A stretch of 63,600 bases of DNA, filler included, from Piedraia hortae CBS 480.64 (Eukaryota): the NCBI GenBank assembly GCA_010093745.1. It is 3 parts of 3 records of this genome, joined end to end, with 100 filler letters (N's around TTAATTAATTAA, not from the genome) between each part and the next. Parts side by side here need not be neighbours in the genome. Positions count along the whole stretch, not along the records: positions 31,244 to 61,522 come from MU006056.1; 2 more parts are not named here. The stretch is one strand, 5' to 3'. This document shows positions 47,175-58,378 of this stretch, piece after piece. Positions within the stretch are counted from its first letter, which is position 1. Each line of letters starts with the position of its first letter. Position numbers and translations under genes: made by a program. The notes under the pieces are model-generated. The model made no database searches. It was not told the DNA's origin and saw only the letters and a list, made by a program, of their open reading frames with translations.

Positions 47175-48623
47175 ATGATAAACCAATCTAGGACGGAACT
47201 GGTCTTGATCCGGGCGGTTATTCTTCTACTGAGCGCCATTGGACCAGTTTGTACCGCTTATACAGCTGTTCTTGCCCTGCGCGGTGCGATAACCCCTCAG
47301 ACTAAGATTCAGTCATGGTGCGTTGCGGAAACCGTCTTTTTCCTATTTTCACTCTTGTACAACAGCACTCATCTCCAACGCAAGGCAATTCATCCGCCCC
47401 TCAATAGCAAACTAAAACGAAAGGAGATTTTTAATAACATCAAGGCCGAACTGCAAGACCCCCGAAAGTTTCTTTCGGGATGGTTCCGTGGCGCAAATGT
47501 CGAGGATATCCATCGGGAAGACTTGCTGGATTTTCTAGACTGGACATTCTGGGAGGGAAGATGTGGACATGACGACTCCCAAGAGCTGCAGGCGATAGCG
47601 GATGAAGTGGAAGAATTGGTGGGATGCAAATTCAAAGATGGAAGGGGATCTGCAAAGGGGTTGAGATTGACTATTGATCCTATCGAGATGCAACCGAGGA
47701 GTCTGGTTTGGTATACCATCATCATGCTGCTGGATACGATAACCCACATCCGACTTCTGTTTCATGGGATGAAGTACATGTGGACGCCGACGACGGCTTT
47801 TGTCGTATTCCCACCACGTCCGCTGGCATTTGTAACGGCAAGTGGAGGATCACCTGCAGACGCCATGTCATATTGGTATCGACCTCACGCGGCTCGTGAT
47901 CAGCTGCCGATTGTATATCTACACGGCATTGGCATAGGTCTACATCAAGATGTGGCCTTCATCAACGACTTAACAATAGCCCTGGATCATTCTTCAAAGG
48001 ATAAAGTTGGCATCTTGTGCGTTGAAATGCTGCCAATTTCCAACAGACTCATGAGCCCAATGGCAACACGACAACGATTTGTGAAGCAGTTGACTCAGGT
48101 CCTGAACTATCATGGTTGGCAACGTTTCGTCTTGGCCAGCCACTCATACGGTTCGGTGCTTACTACACATGTGCTCAACGACCCGCAGCTGGCAAAGAGA
48201 GTGTCTGCCTGTCTACTAATTGACCCCGTGACCATTCTACTACACACACCCAGCGTGGCATACAACTTCACCGCACGGCGGCCACGGGAAGCCAACGAGT
48301 GGCAGCTGTGGTACTTTGCCTCTCAAGACCCCGGCGTTGCACACACGCTCGGCAGGCACTTTTTCTGGAGTGAAAATGTCCTGTGGCGTCAACGTATTCA
48401 GGAGCTGGTAAACGATGGCATGTGCATGACCTTCAGCCTGGCTGGCAAAGACCTCATCGTAGACGCAACCGCCGTTAGAGACTGTCTCATGCAAGGTCAG
48501 GTCAACGAGTCACGGCTACAGGTTCTATGGTGGGACGGGCTGGATCACGCCCAAGTGTTTGAGGATGCAGCATCAAGAACCCGGCTAACCGAAACGTTGG
48601 TGCATTACAGCCGGGGGTGCTGA
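47175..48623 (+). CDS. Membrane-associated alpha/beta hydrolase
   Basis: N-terminal TM segments, YLHGIGIGL, nucleophile elbow SHSYG, LLIDPV, GKDLIV, GLDHAQVF. Confidence 0.85.
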   Translation: MINQSRTELVLIRAVILLLSAIGPVCTAYTAVLALRGAITPQTKIQSWCVAETVFFLFSLLYNSTHLQRKAIHPPLNSKLKRKEIFNNIKAELQDPRKFLSGWFRGANVEDIHREDLLDFLDWTFWEGRCGHDDSQELQAIADEVEELVGCKFKDGRGSAKGLRLTIDPIEMQPRSLVWYTIIMLLDTITHIRLLFHGMKYMWTPTTAFVVFPPRPLAFVTASGGSPADAMSYWYRPHAARDQLPIVYLHGIGIGLHQDVAFINDLTIALDHSSKDKVGILCVEMLPISNRLMSPMATRQRFVKQLTQVLNYHGWQRFVLASHSYGSVLTTHVLNDPQLAKRVSACLLIDPVTILLHTPSVAYNFTARRPREANEWQLWYFASQDPGVAHTLGRHFFWSENVLWRQRIQELVNDGMCMTFSLAGKDLIVDATAVRDCLMQGQVNESRLQVLWWDGLDHAQVFEDAASRTRLTETLVHYSRGC

Positions 48624-48727
48624 ACCATTCCCGTTTGGGAGTTAAACCCCCATGGTGGGGCAGATCACGTGCGACGTTCGACTAAGGCTGCCTCAGCCGA
48701 ACAGCTGACAGGTAGATAGACACCAAG

Positions 48728-50626
48728 ATGGCGCTCGTTTCGGCGCCGGCGCTCAACAGCCGCTTCATGCAGCTGTGCATCACAGCCATGCTGCTGGTCA
48801 CGGTGCTTTGGCTGTTAATACCAGACGCTTCTGTGCGGGAAGGAGTGAGGCAAGTGCGGTTGCCGCAGCCAGAGATCGCCGCGAACAAAACACGACCGCC
48901 GCCCCGTCCGGCGTCCCAGCGGCCGCGGCCGGAACACCCGATAGATCACCTCGTGCAGCGGGCCGACCAGGAGTTTGCCGAGTTGCTGGCCAAAGAAACG
49001 GACACATTGAAGGCGGCCGCCGAAGCGTACCGGCGGCGGCGTGGGCGACAACCACCACCCCGGTTTGACGCCTGGTTCCATCTTGCGCGCAACCGGAGCG
49101 CCATTGTCGTCGAAGACTTTTTCGACCAAATATACCACGACCTGGGCCCGTTTTGGGGCGTGGCCGCGCGGCAGGTGCGACGGCAGGCTTTGGCGTTCGA
49201 GCACCGCATCAGCGTGCGTGGCGGCAACGCGACAATTCACAGCGACGGCGTTGACCGACCGTGGATGACTTTGTGGCAGGAAATGGTCGGTAGCGTGTCC
49301 GCCGAGCTGCCAGATGTCGACCTACCCATAAATGTCATGGACGAGAGCCGGCTGGTGGTCCCGTGGGAGGAGATTGACGGCTACATGGAGAGGGAAAGGT
49401 CGAGCCGGAAGATTCTACCGTCGCGGGAACTGAAGCCCGACTTCCAGAGCCTCGGAGACGTCGACGCGGCAAAGTCAAAGGACGAAACCTTCGATCCCGA
49501 CTTTGAGCGTAGTGGTCCCTACTGGCAAATGGCCGTCGCCGGCTGCCCGCCCGGAAGTCCCGCGCGGTCCAGCTACATCGAGACCGACTTCACAACGCCG
49601 CCGCCGCTGACGGGACAGTGGCCACCCGATAGCTACATGGGCTACGTGCGGAATTGGACGCTGGCGCGATCGCCGTGCGAGAACTCGCGGCTGCAGGGTC
49701 TACACGGCTCGTTTGTTGAGCCCATTTCCATCTCCACTAGCAAGAAGCTGTTTCCGCTGTTTGGCGGCTCCAAACTGCAGATGAACAACGAGATCCTGCT
49801 GCCTCCCGCCATGTACTGGACTGAAGATCCCTTCTACAGCGGCGGTAAGGAGCATGGCCAGCCATGGAGCCTCAAGAAGGACGGCATGATGTGGCGCGGC
49901 GCAGCATCAGGCGGTCGCAACCGACGGGAAAACTGGACGCGATTCCAGCGTCACCGCTTCGTGCGCTCTGTCAACGCTACCGCTGTGCGTCTGGCCGAGA
50001 CGGGCGAGGAACCAGCCAAGAGCTTCGTGTTACCAGTCAACAACTCATATAACCTCGCAGCCCAGAACCAGCCAGGCAGCAACGGGGACGTGACGGGATT
50101 GCCGTCCTGGCTGTCGCGCTGGTCGGACGCGGCCGTCGTGCACCTGCTGTGCTTCCCCGATGAGGGTTCGGCTGAGAAATGCTCTTACAGCGATCACTAC
50201 TTTCATGCGGCCAAATCGAAGCCGATGAAGGAACAATATCACTACAAGTATCTGCCTGATATTGACGGCAACTCATTCTCGGGTCGCTACCGCGCCTTTT
50301 TGTACAGCACGTCGCTGCCCATCAAAGCCACCATCTATAATGAATGGCACGACTCACGCCTCGTGCCGTGGAAGCACTTTGTGCCCATGGACAACACGTT
50401 TATTGATTTCTACGGGCTCATGGAGTATTTTCTTGGTAATGAGGAGTTGGACATTGCCGGTCATGATGACGTGGCCGAGAAGATTGCATTGGGAGGCAAG
50501 TCGTGGGCCGAGAAAGTGCTACGAAAGGAAGACATGGAAGTATATGTGATGCGGCTGCTGCTTGAGTTTGCGCGCATTTGTGATGATGACCGAGAAAGCA
50601 TGGGCTGGAGGGAGTTGGGCGTGTAG
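48728..50626 (+). CDS. CAP10-domain glycosyltransferase family 90 (beta-1,2-xylosyltransferase-like)
   Basis: Type II membrane anchor, YRRRRGRQPPPRFDAWF, INVMDESR, WRGAASGG, KYLPDIDGNSFSGRY, EWHDSRLVPWKHFVP, YVMRLLLEFAR. Confidence 0.92.
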   Translation: MALVSAPALNSRFMQLCITAMLLVTVLWLLIPDASVREGVRQVRLPQPEIAANKTRPPPRPASQRPRPEHPIDHLVQRADQEFAELLAKETDTLKAAAEAYRRRRGRQPPPRFDAWFHLARNRSAIVVEDFFDQIYHDLGPFWGVAARQVRRQALAFEHRISVRGGNATIHSDGVDRPWMTLWQEMVGSVSAELPDVDLPINVMDESRLVVPWEEIDGYMERERSSRKILPSRELKPDFQSLGDVDAAKSKDETFDPDFERSGPYWQMAVAGCPPGSPARSSYIETDFTTPPPLTGQWPPDSYMGYVRNWTLARSPCENSRLQGLHGSFVEPISISTSKKLFPLFGGSKLQMNNEILLPPAMYWTEDPFYSGGKEHGQPWSLKKDGMMWRGAASGGRNRRENWTRFQRHRFVRSVNATAVRLAETGEEPAKSFVLPVNNSYNLAAQNQPGSNGDVTGLPSWLSRWSDAAVVHLLCFPDEGSAEKCSYSDHYFHAAKSKPMKEQYHYKYLPDIDGNSFSGRYRAFLYSTSLPIKATIYNEWHDSRLVPWKHFVPMDNTFIDFYGLMEYFLGNEELDIAGHDDVAEKIALGGKSWAEKVLRKEDMEVYVMRLLLEFARICDDDRESMGWRELGV

Positions 50627-50817
50627 CAGTTTGATTTTCTTTCTAATTTCCGTGTAGAGTATAGCTATCCTGAGTGGCTAGCCAAGGTAGCAGCCTAAGT
50701 TGCCGAGTGACAGCCTACTTATGCTAGCTAGTTCTCTGTCGTTCTACCCATCAACCACCAAAACTTTGTGTGTGCATGTGGGGCCGTCATACTCATGCGC
50801 GTCACATTTTTCCCTTT

Positions 50818-52950
50818 ATGCACCGCTTGCTCTCGTTCATTTCAAACATCAAACCGCGATTCGCCTGTAGATTTGGATCCTCTATCGAAGTGGCCCGCAC
50901 ACGCCGCTCCTTGACCATGGCGTCCGATGCGCCTTCCTTCGCCGGCGTGCAGCTCTACCCTAATATCAATCCGACCGATGTCTACCGCGCCCATATCATC
51001 CAACAGATTCACAAAATTACACAGGCCGAGCCCACTGTCGTTGACAAGGCACTGGCCTGGACGCAGGATCTCAAGCACGGCGATCTCACCCTGCCTGTGC
51101 CCGCCCTGCGTATAAAAACCAGCAGCACCGAGCAACTCGCTCAGGAAATTGTGGATAAATTTGAATGTCCGATAGTCGAAAAGCCCGTGGCCGAAAAGGC
51201 CTCGGTTCGCTTCTTCTTCAACCCCTCACATCTGGCCCAATTGACCCTGCCCATGATCTTGAAGCAAAAAGATAAGTACGGCCTGAACGACACCTTGGGT
51301 CTGAAAGACGCCAGCAACCCTGAATTGGGCAGGAAAAAGATTGTAGTAGAGTACTCGAGCCCCAACATCGCCAAAGAATTTCACACCGGTCATCTGAGGG
51401 GCACGATCATCGGTGGCTTCGTAGAGAAGCTGTACCAGGCTGCCGGGTGGAATACGGTGTCTATGAATTATCTAGGCGACTGGGGCAAACAGTATGGTGT
51501 GCTCTCTCAAGGCTTTGAAAAGTATGGCAGCGATGAAGAGCTCAAGGCTGATCCCATCAAGCACTTGAACGAGGTGTACGTGAAAATCAATCAAGATAAT
51601 GCAGAGGAGCAGAGGACAGCCAAGGCATTGGCTACGAAAAAGGACGAGCTCGAGAAGCTCAAAACCCCCCCAAAACCCAAGAAGCCGGCCAAGGAGCCGG
51701 TACCAGAGGTCAAATGGACCGAAGAACAAGAGAAAGAACTTCAATCAGTCACGGCCGAGCTGGAGAAGGAGCAGCAACGGCTCGTGGACCTGCCTAGCAT
51801 CGATGAAAAGGCGCGACGGTTCTTCAAACGCATGGTAGATGGTGATCCAGAAGCTCTTCGGTATTGGCAAAAGTTCCGGGATCTCTCCATCGAGGCCTAT
51901 ACCAATATGTACGCCCGTCTGAACATCGTTTTTGACGAATATACAGGAGAATCGACAGTCAAGGTCGAAGACATGGACAAGGCAGGAGACGTGCTGCAGG
52001 CCCGTGGTGTCAGTGAAGACAGCAAAGGTGCCGTCATCGTCGACTTGGCCAAGCACGGAAAGCCCAAGCTGGGCAAGACGTTGGTCCGTAAGCGGGACGG
52101 CACATCTCTGTATCTCACCCGTGATATTGCCGCAAACCTGGAGCGGTATGAAAAACATCACTTTGACAGGATGATCTATGTCATCTCCAGCCAGCAGGAC
52201 GTCCATGTGGGCCAATTCTTTGAGATTCTCAAACTCATGGGCCCGCCCTACTCCGATGTTGTGGCCCGCTGCGAGAACATGTCGTACGGTTTGGTCAAAG
52301 ACCCCAAGGGTCAAACAATGTCAACCCGCAAGGGAACTGTCATGTCTTTGGCCGACTCTTTAGACTCGGTCAAGGAGTTTATGCACAACGTCATGAAGAA
52401 AAATGTGCAAAAGTACGAGCAAGTAGAGGATCCGGAAACAACGGCAGATATCCTGGCCATGTCGGCTATCATGGTACAAGATTTCGGGGGCAAGATGGTG
52501 AATAACTACAACTTTGACATGGAACGCATGACTTCGTTTGAAGGTGACACAGGGCCATATTTGCAATACAGCCATGCGCGCGTCTGCAGCATGGAACGCA
52601 AAGTTGCTGTGCCGCGGGAGCAACTGCTTGCGGCTGACTATTCACTCATCACGGCCAAGGAAGGTCTAGAGTTGGTCCGTTTGCTTGCACAATGGCCCAA
52701 TGTTTTTATGAACACATACAGGACGCGGGAGCCGGTGACAGTGCTGACTTACCTCTTCAAGATGACACATCAGCTGTCATCCTGCTACGACGCCAAGGAC
52801 ACCGGCAAGAAGAATGCCAAGACAATGAGCGTCATGTATGCGGAAAGCGAGGAAAAAAAGGCAGCCCTGATGGGTCTGTACGACTGTGCACGCCAGGTAT
52901 TAAGTAACGGAATGAGGCTGTTAGGTTTGCGGCCGGTCGAAAGGATGTGA
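50818..52950 (+). CDS. argS: Arginyl-tRNA synthetase (in-frame ATGs at 50818 and 50917)
   Basis: EYSSPNIAKEFHTGHLRGTIIG (HIGH motif), NYLGDWGKQYG, DGTSLYLTRD, MSTRKG (KMSKS equivalent), GDTGPYLQYSHAR, LLGLRPVERM. Confidence 0.96.
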   Translation: MHRLLSFISNIKPRFACRFGSSIEVARTRRSLTMASDAPSFAGVQLYPNINPTDVYRAHIIQQIHKITQAEPTVVDKALAWTQDLKHGDLTLPVPALRIKTSSTEQLAQEIVDKFECPIVEKPVAEKASVRFFFNPSHLAQLTLPMILKQKDKYGLNDTLGLKDASNPELGRKKIVVEYSSPNIAKEFHTGHLRGTIIGGFVEKLYQAAGWNTVSMNYLGDWGKQYGVLSQGFEKYGSDEELKADPIKHLNEVYVKINQDNAEEQRTAKALATKKDELEKLKTPPKPKKPAKEPVPEVKWTEEQEKELQSVTAELEKEQQRLVDLPSIDEKARRFFKRMVDGDPEALRYWQKFRDLSIEAYTNMYARLNIVFDEYTGESTVKVEDMDKAGDVLQARGVSEDSKGAVIVDLAKHGKPKLGKTLVRKRDGTSLYLTRDIAANLERYEKHHFDRMIYVISSQQDVHVGQFFEILKLMGPPYSDVVARCENMSYGLVKDPKGQTMSTRKGTVMSLADSLDSVKEFMHNVMKKNVQKYEQVEDPETTADILAMSAIMVQDFGGKMVNNYNFDMERMTSFEGDTGPYLQYSHARVCSMERKVAVPREQLLAADYSLITAKEGLELVRLLAQWPNVFMNTYRTREPVTVLTYLFKMTHQLSSCYDAKDTGKKNAKTMSVMYAESEEKKAALMGLYDCARQVLSNGMRLLGLRPVERM

Positions 52951-53135
52951 AGTTAGCGTGACATGGATGCCCAATTCCTGTCGCACGCGTACATAGCGCC
53001 TTCCCATAAATGGTTTAGTTGAACCAAGATCCAATCAAAATTCAACTGTGCAATGCCCAATCAAATCATTCATCCTCCGACACTCCCTAGGTCTACTCAC
53101 GCAATGGGCCCCTGTTTTTGCGCGCGACCCTGGTC

Positions 53136-54491
53136 ATGAACCCTTCACCCACAAAAACGTCCTCAGCCAGTAGTGCGAAAGTTGCCACGGTCGAGGACTA
53201 CGACGAGGAAGCAGGGGCAACCAAGCCAGACACTGCCGTTCGAGCTCATGTCAAAAAGGAAAAGCCTATCCCGCACCGTCCACCCGTCGTGACTACACGG
53301 CCGGTGAAAACTAAGCCTGTAGAACCCGAACCTAGGCCTGTTCCTTTAGCTAGCAACTGGCCGCAACAGAGCCATTGGCAGCCCGCTCCAGCCCACGTTC
53401 CCGCCCCCCATCCAGCTCCACTTCACACCGCTCCACCAGCTCATACTGCTTCAATCCATACAGCCCCACGACCACCTCATACCGCTCCATTCCATCCAGC
53501 TCCGTGGGGCCACCTTGCCCCTCCCGTCCGACCAATCTACCATCCCTATCCTCCCCCGGCCAACTACCTACATTACCCTCCCCAGTTCTATGGCCATCAG
53601 CAGCCATATTATCCGCAGTATGGAGGCTATCCTCCATACAACTACACGCTTCCCTCGCCTCATCTATCTCAACCACCCCACCTCATGCCGCAACAGATGC
53701 CCATGTATCAAGAGCCTGTGTACCAGACTCGTCCACGACCTTCTGCTCCACCATCGCCCGCTGCGCACACTAATCCATTGGCAACAACTGCCGCGCCGGA
53801 ACGGCCAGTGTACTCAACCCGTCTTTCGAGACAAGCTTCCACACAGCGTGGAAGATCGATGCCTGGGCATTTTCCGTCTTCTGAGTCAGACGAAGACGGG
53901 GTCTGGGATGACGCGCCAGTGGATGAGCCTCCATCGCCACCGTCGCATACGCGTCCTCCTTTGACTGCACGTCTGGCTACAGCTCCAGCCATAACGCAGC
54001 TCCAGTTAGATGCCGAGAATGGTGCCCAAACACGCGCGGGTTCATCTCGCTCCAGTCGCAGCCGTCAATCCGGTTCCACGGCAGGATCTGCACGAACCAA
54101 AGCCACGTCGGTTTCCAGCGGACTAGTGGATGACAGGCGAGCTTCGCGTCTGGCCCATCGTCCAAGAACCACGTACGAGGATATTGTTCCTCGTGACCAA
54201 ATTGCCGAAGTCCTGGCTTATCAGAGAAGCCAGGGCGCACCCACGGGGCTTGATTTCACCTCTGAAGAGCTGACCCGTCGCCGGAAACCAGTCGGTGGGA
54301 CCAGCCAAACATCTGAACGTAGCCGGCGCAGCAGACGCAGCGTTGAGTCTAGAACCATGGAGGTTTCTGCCCAGGGCAAAACCGTACATCTTAGGGGCGC
54401 TGATGCCCATTTTGACCTAGGCAGCGGTGTGCTGATCATGAAGCCCCGTAGAGATTCTGCATGCGAGGATGATTACGAGGGTGATCCTTGA
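53136..54491 (+). CDS. Pro/His/Tyr/Ser-rich low-complexity hypothetical protein
   Basis: Open frame of about 450 aa from ATG 53136, probably largely disordered. Confidence 0.7.
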   Translation: MNPSPTKTSSASSAKVATVEDYDEEAGATKPDTAVRAHVKKEKPIPHRPPVVTTRPVKTKPVEPEPRPVPLASNWPQQSHWQPAPAHVPAPHPAPLHTAPPAHTASIHTAPRPPHTAPFHPAPWGHLAPPVRPIYHPYPPPANYLHYPPQFYGHQQPYYPQYGGYPPYNYTLPSPHLSQPPHLMPQQMPMYQEPVYQTRPRPSAPPSPAAHTNPLATTAAPERPVYSTRLSRQASTQRGRSMPGHFPSSESDEDGVWDDAPVDEPPSPPSHTRPPLTARLATAPAITQLQLDAENGAQTRAGSSRSSRSRQSGSTAGSARTKATSVSSGLVDDRRASRLAHRPRTTYEDIVPRDQIAEVLAYQRSQGAPTGLDFTSEELTRRRKPVGGTSQTSERSRRSRRSVESRTMEVSAQGKTVHLRGADAHFDLGSGVLIMKPRRDSACEDDYEGDP

Positions 54492-54700
54492 GATCGTTGC
54501 TCTGTCCTTGATGATTGAATGCGCTGAATATGATTATGAGATGAACAGAATAAGAGTATGTTTGGCTTGATTACTTTGCGTTAAGAGTGCTTCTTCAGGA
54601 GTCACTAAGTTAATGTACACCCCCTAGCCTCTGGGAAAACATTTGCGCCCAACTCCGCATGTAGAAAAAATTTGCATCACAGAGGCAAATTTCTCCGAGG

Positions 54701-55794
54701 CTATTTAAACCCTACAGGATCCCTGAAAAAGGAACTGACAGGGTGACCGGAATTCGCCATGAAATCCTGTGTCTCGTCTTGCGTCATGCCAAGATACAGT
54801 AGATGGCGTTCTTCCAGCTGCGTCAGAACCGGAGACCCAATGCTGGTAGCCATTGAGTGCAGGTAATTCAGTATTTCAGCTTCAAAGCTCGAATGGGAGT
54901 GATCTTTAGCGATCCTGTTTAGGTAAGGGAGTAGATATGGCGAATCGATCTGCGAATTCAACATCTGCCGGTAATGCTGTTTGGCATCTCGCCATTTCTG
55001 GTTCTCATGCATATTGTGTGCATCCCAGAACATCTGACTAGGACAACTGTCAGCTAGTCGCCTGGTCGGACACCCCAGCGAAAAGGCCATGTCAACGACT
55101 TTCTCGAATGAGTCGGTGCCAAAAACGAAGGCTTGCTCTAAGCAGGCCTGGATCAGATATTCGCCTACCAGATCGATCCATGTTTCCGTTATCTGGTTCT
55201 CCTCGGCACCCATCATCTGCCATCGGAGGAAATTCGTTTGCAGGAAAAGGGGCAAAAGGTCCAGATAGGACAAGCACGACTTAGTACCGTAGAAAAGACT
55301 ATAATTCTGTCAGCCAAGTTTTCTCACTGGGATCGCGGAACACAGTACTCTTGCGGACAGCCAAGATCTCTCAAGGCTTGGACCCGATTATTTACCAGCT
55401 GATGGCTTTCCAATGGCTCAGAGGCCTTTCCTCGTGGGTTCAAAGGCAGATCGGCCAATTTGCGCCATTCGATGAGTTTGGCAGCGTGCTTCTCCCGCAA
55501 CCGCTGAACCTCCTTTCGGGTTGGCGTGCTCGGGTTTCGAGTATACCTCTGCGTAAAGAGGGTAACAAACTGCAGCAATGCCAAGCGGAATTGTATTTCG
55601 TCATGAAGCTTGTATCTCGGATGTCGAGACTTGAATACTCCGATTGCTTGACTCGCGAGCGAAAGAGCGGGCCCCAGCGCGGAAGGGGTGTGGACCTCGG
55701 GGGTGTTGCGGCTCTGGAGACAAGCGAGGATTGCGTGATGGACGAGGTAATCAAGAACGAGTAAGTCGGTTTCAATCTCTACGGAATCGTCCAT
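54701..55794 (-). CDS. Fungal hypothetical protein, 2 exons
   Basis: Exon 55794-55349 (MDDSVEIETDLLVLDYL...) and exon 55298-54701 (LFYGTKSCLSYLDLLPLF...PVLTQLE) join in frame via intron 55348-55299 (GTACTG...CTGAC...TAG). Confidence 0.7.
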
Positions 55795-56290
55795 GCTGGC
55801 CGAAGTCAGCACGTTGCACATGGGTGGAGCTGTCAACCAACGGTCGGGCATTGGGGCGGCCCGGTCCGCGCCTTATCGCCCCACCATCTCGCCCAGCGAC
55901 GCGGTAAACCCCAGCCCAGTTGAACGGTATGTGTATATATATGCGCCTACGTTCTCTCGCCGGCCAGGGTTTTCGTCTAGCAAATTCACCGGCACCTTCT
56001 TTACGAATACGAGAAAAGTGATTTTGGTACATTATCCAAGCAAAGGGCAAAGTCTTCATAGACTAGAGGTGCAAGGCTATGCAGATTGTGAAATGCTGTT
56101 GCTAGACGCCTCTCAAAAGTGTACCGCCCGGTGAACTGTGCTCGGTGGATGTACATGACATGACCGTGGTGAATCAGCGGCGCTAACCGTGTTAGACTTG
56201 GTGCATTCACGACCAAGCGGATCTATTCCGCCACCACCGTCGTCCACCAACCCCACAAGCCCGCTGCGCATCTACCTAACAAAGCCCACC

Positions 56291-58378
56291 ATGCCGGAGC
56301 GCCCGCAGTTTTCTGAAACTCAGGGCCTAGGTCCCGCCTCTAATTGTGCACAGCAAGACTGGTTGAAGGCGGTGCCTGAGGAGGAAAGAGCATTGCTGCG
56401 TGGCATCTTGCCGGAACAGGTGGACCTCATCACGCGTCTTGTCCAGAAGGGAATTCTAAAAGCGTCTCCAGCCCAGCAGAATGAGCCCCGCTTGCCCACG
56501 GACGTCAATCGGCCTGCTAACCTTGAAGCGCCGCGACATGCACGCAAGCGCAGCCCAAGTCCTCGAGATTTGAGTGACCAAATGCGCCGCAAATTTTCTC
56601 GACCAGATGTACCAGTCCACCAAACCCTAAGCCCTTCGGAACATTCGGTTGCTCGCGCCTTCCTCTTTCATCTCTATCATGCGGGATATTCGTTTGATCA
56701 GATAGCACATGAGGTTGGCCAAAGAGATGCTCTGAGTGAGGCATACAAGTCCATGGGCCTCCCTAGACCCAGGTTCCAGCAGCCACAGATGCCTCTGAAT
56801 GACTCAAGCAAGGCCATTCGTGGGGACACAATACCTAACAAATCACCAAAGCCCCGTCCGGCCAAAAAGGCTCCGCCAAAACCAGCAGCACAATCTCGCG
56901 CCGAGTATTTGGAGAAACTGAAGCAAATCAAACTGAAGCCTACGGCCATAACGCCAAATCACCCGATCCAGCTCCCAATCCACTCGATTGACCAGCAATC
57001 CAGCGCTGCCGCCCTCAAACCGGCGGTCAATCCGAGGCTGCCCAACGTCCAGAAGGTTCACACCCCTGCACCAATTCCCAAAACGCCGAATAAAGATACA
57101 CGTGCAAAGTCGGTAGTGAAGACTGAATTGCTAAAGCAGAGGCTGGCTCAGCTAAAGGCGGATATGGCTGCGAAGCAAACTCCAGCACCTAGCTTGCCGA
57201 GTCCTAATGTCAAAAATGACAGCATGCCGGCGAACTCTGTATCGCCAAGCATGATGCCCGAAAGTGAAAAGAGCTCCAAGCTGCACAACCATGTACCAAA
57301 CGGGCAGTGCACAACAGCCTCCATATCTCAGAAGAGTCCTGCCGAAGCGCAGCCAATCCAGCTTAGCATACTTGGTGGTGCAGCTTCAAGGCAGCCATTC
57401 ACGCTTCCCGGACTTTTCATGGATACAGCCCGGGATCAATCGATCCCAGTCCCGCAGAGTCCAACGGTCCTGCAAAATGTGCCGGCCCCGCCAGAGAATA
57501 CTGCTCCGAAGCCAACTGTTTCTGCTGCACCATCATTGCCTCGACAGATTGTTGATCCATCCCCGGCACGGCGAATCCCCCGCTTTGGTAGCAGCAGGCG
57601 CGATAGTGAGCTGGAAAGGATCATCATTGAGGTTTCTAGTGAAGATGAGGAGTCCCCAGCAGTGCCAACATCTAAAGCTGCTCATCCTGACCCTGGCGAC
57701 CTATTAGAGAAACAAAAGGCAATTGAAATGTTGCAGCGCCAAATCGCCCATAGAGAAGCTTTACTGCAGACTAACGGCCGGCTCAGCCAGGCTAAAGCCC
57801 CAGCACCCGTTGCCATCGCTAAAGATGCAGAAAGAGTCCCTGCAAAAACATCACAAGAGAACGCTGTAGCGATGCAGGCTACCCCCGGCGAATCTGAGCA
57901 AGGCGATGATGAGCTGTCGGATGGAGAGATTGTCGAAGACGACGAGAGCCCAAGCACCCCAGGGGACTCATTGGACAATGCAGACGTGAATGCAGAAGGC
58001 CCCATGGACGTGGACTCTACGTCATCTAGTGATGACGAGGGTTCCCTTGGTGAACGGTCCGACAACCAGCAACCTGCAAACAACCTTGCACCAGAGCCCC
58101 AACCATGTGTGGCGCGTCCTGACGAACCAAGTCAGGTGCGTTTGTGATTGCAAGGCGGACAAGGCTATCACTGATCCAATTAGAAAAAAACTGCCTCACA
58201 CTTTGTGCCCTATCGCAGCATTCTCGCCCATTTCAAAGGCTACAAACAGCCTCAAACAGAGGGAAACTTGCTAAGTGATGGATCTCGACCTCTATGCAGA
58301 TTCGAGGCCATGGGCGGCAAATGCAACGATGGCAATTGTAATGACAAACACTTTGCTGACTTGGGTGCGTATCAGTGA
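56291..58378 (+). CDS. red1: zf-C3H1 zinc-finger protein, Red1/ZFC3H1-like (nuclear exosome targeting, MTREC/PAXT)
   Basis: Long disordered exon, intron 58136-58183, then HFVPYRSILAHFKGY...PLCRFEAMGGKCNDGNCNDKHF. The 5' start and a possible further 3' intron are uncertain. Confidence 0.7.
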
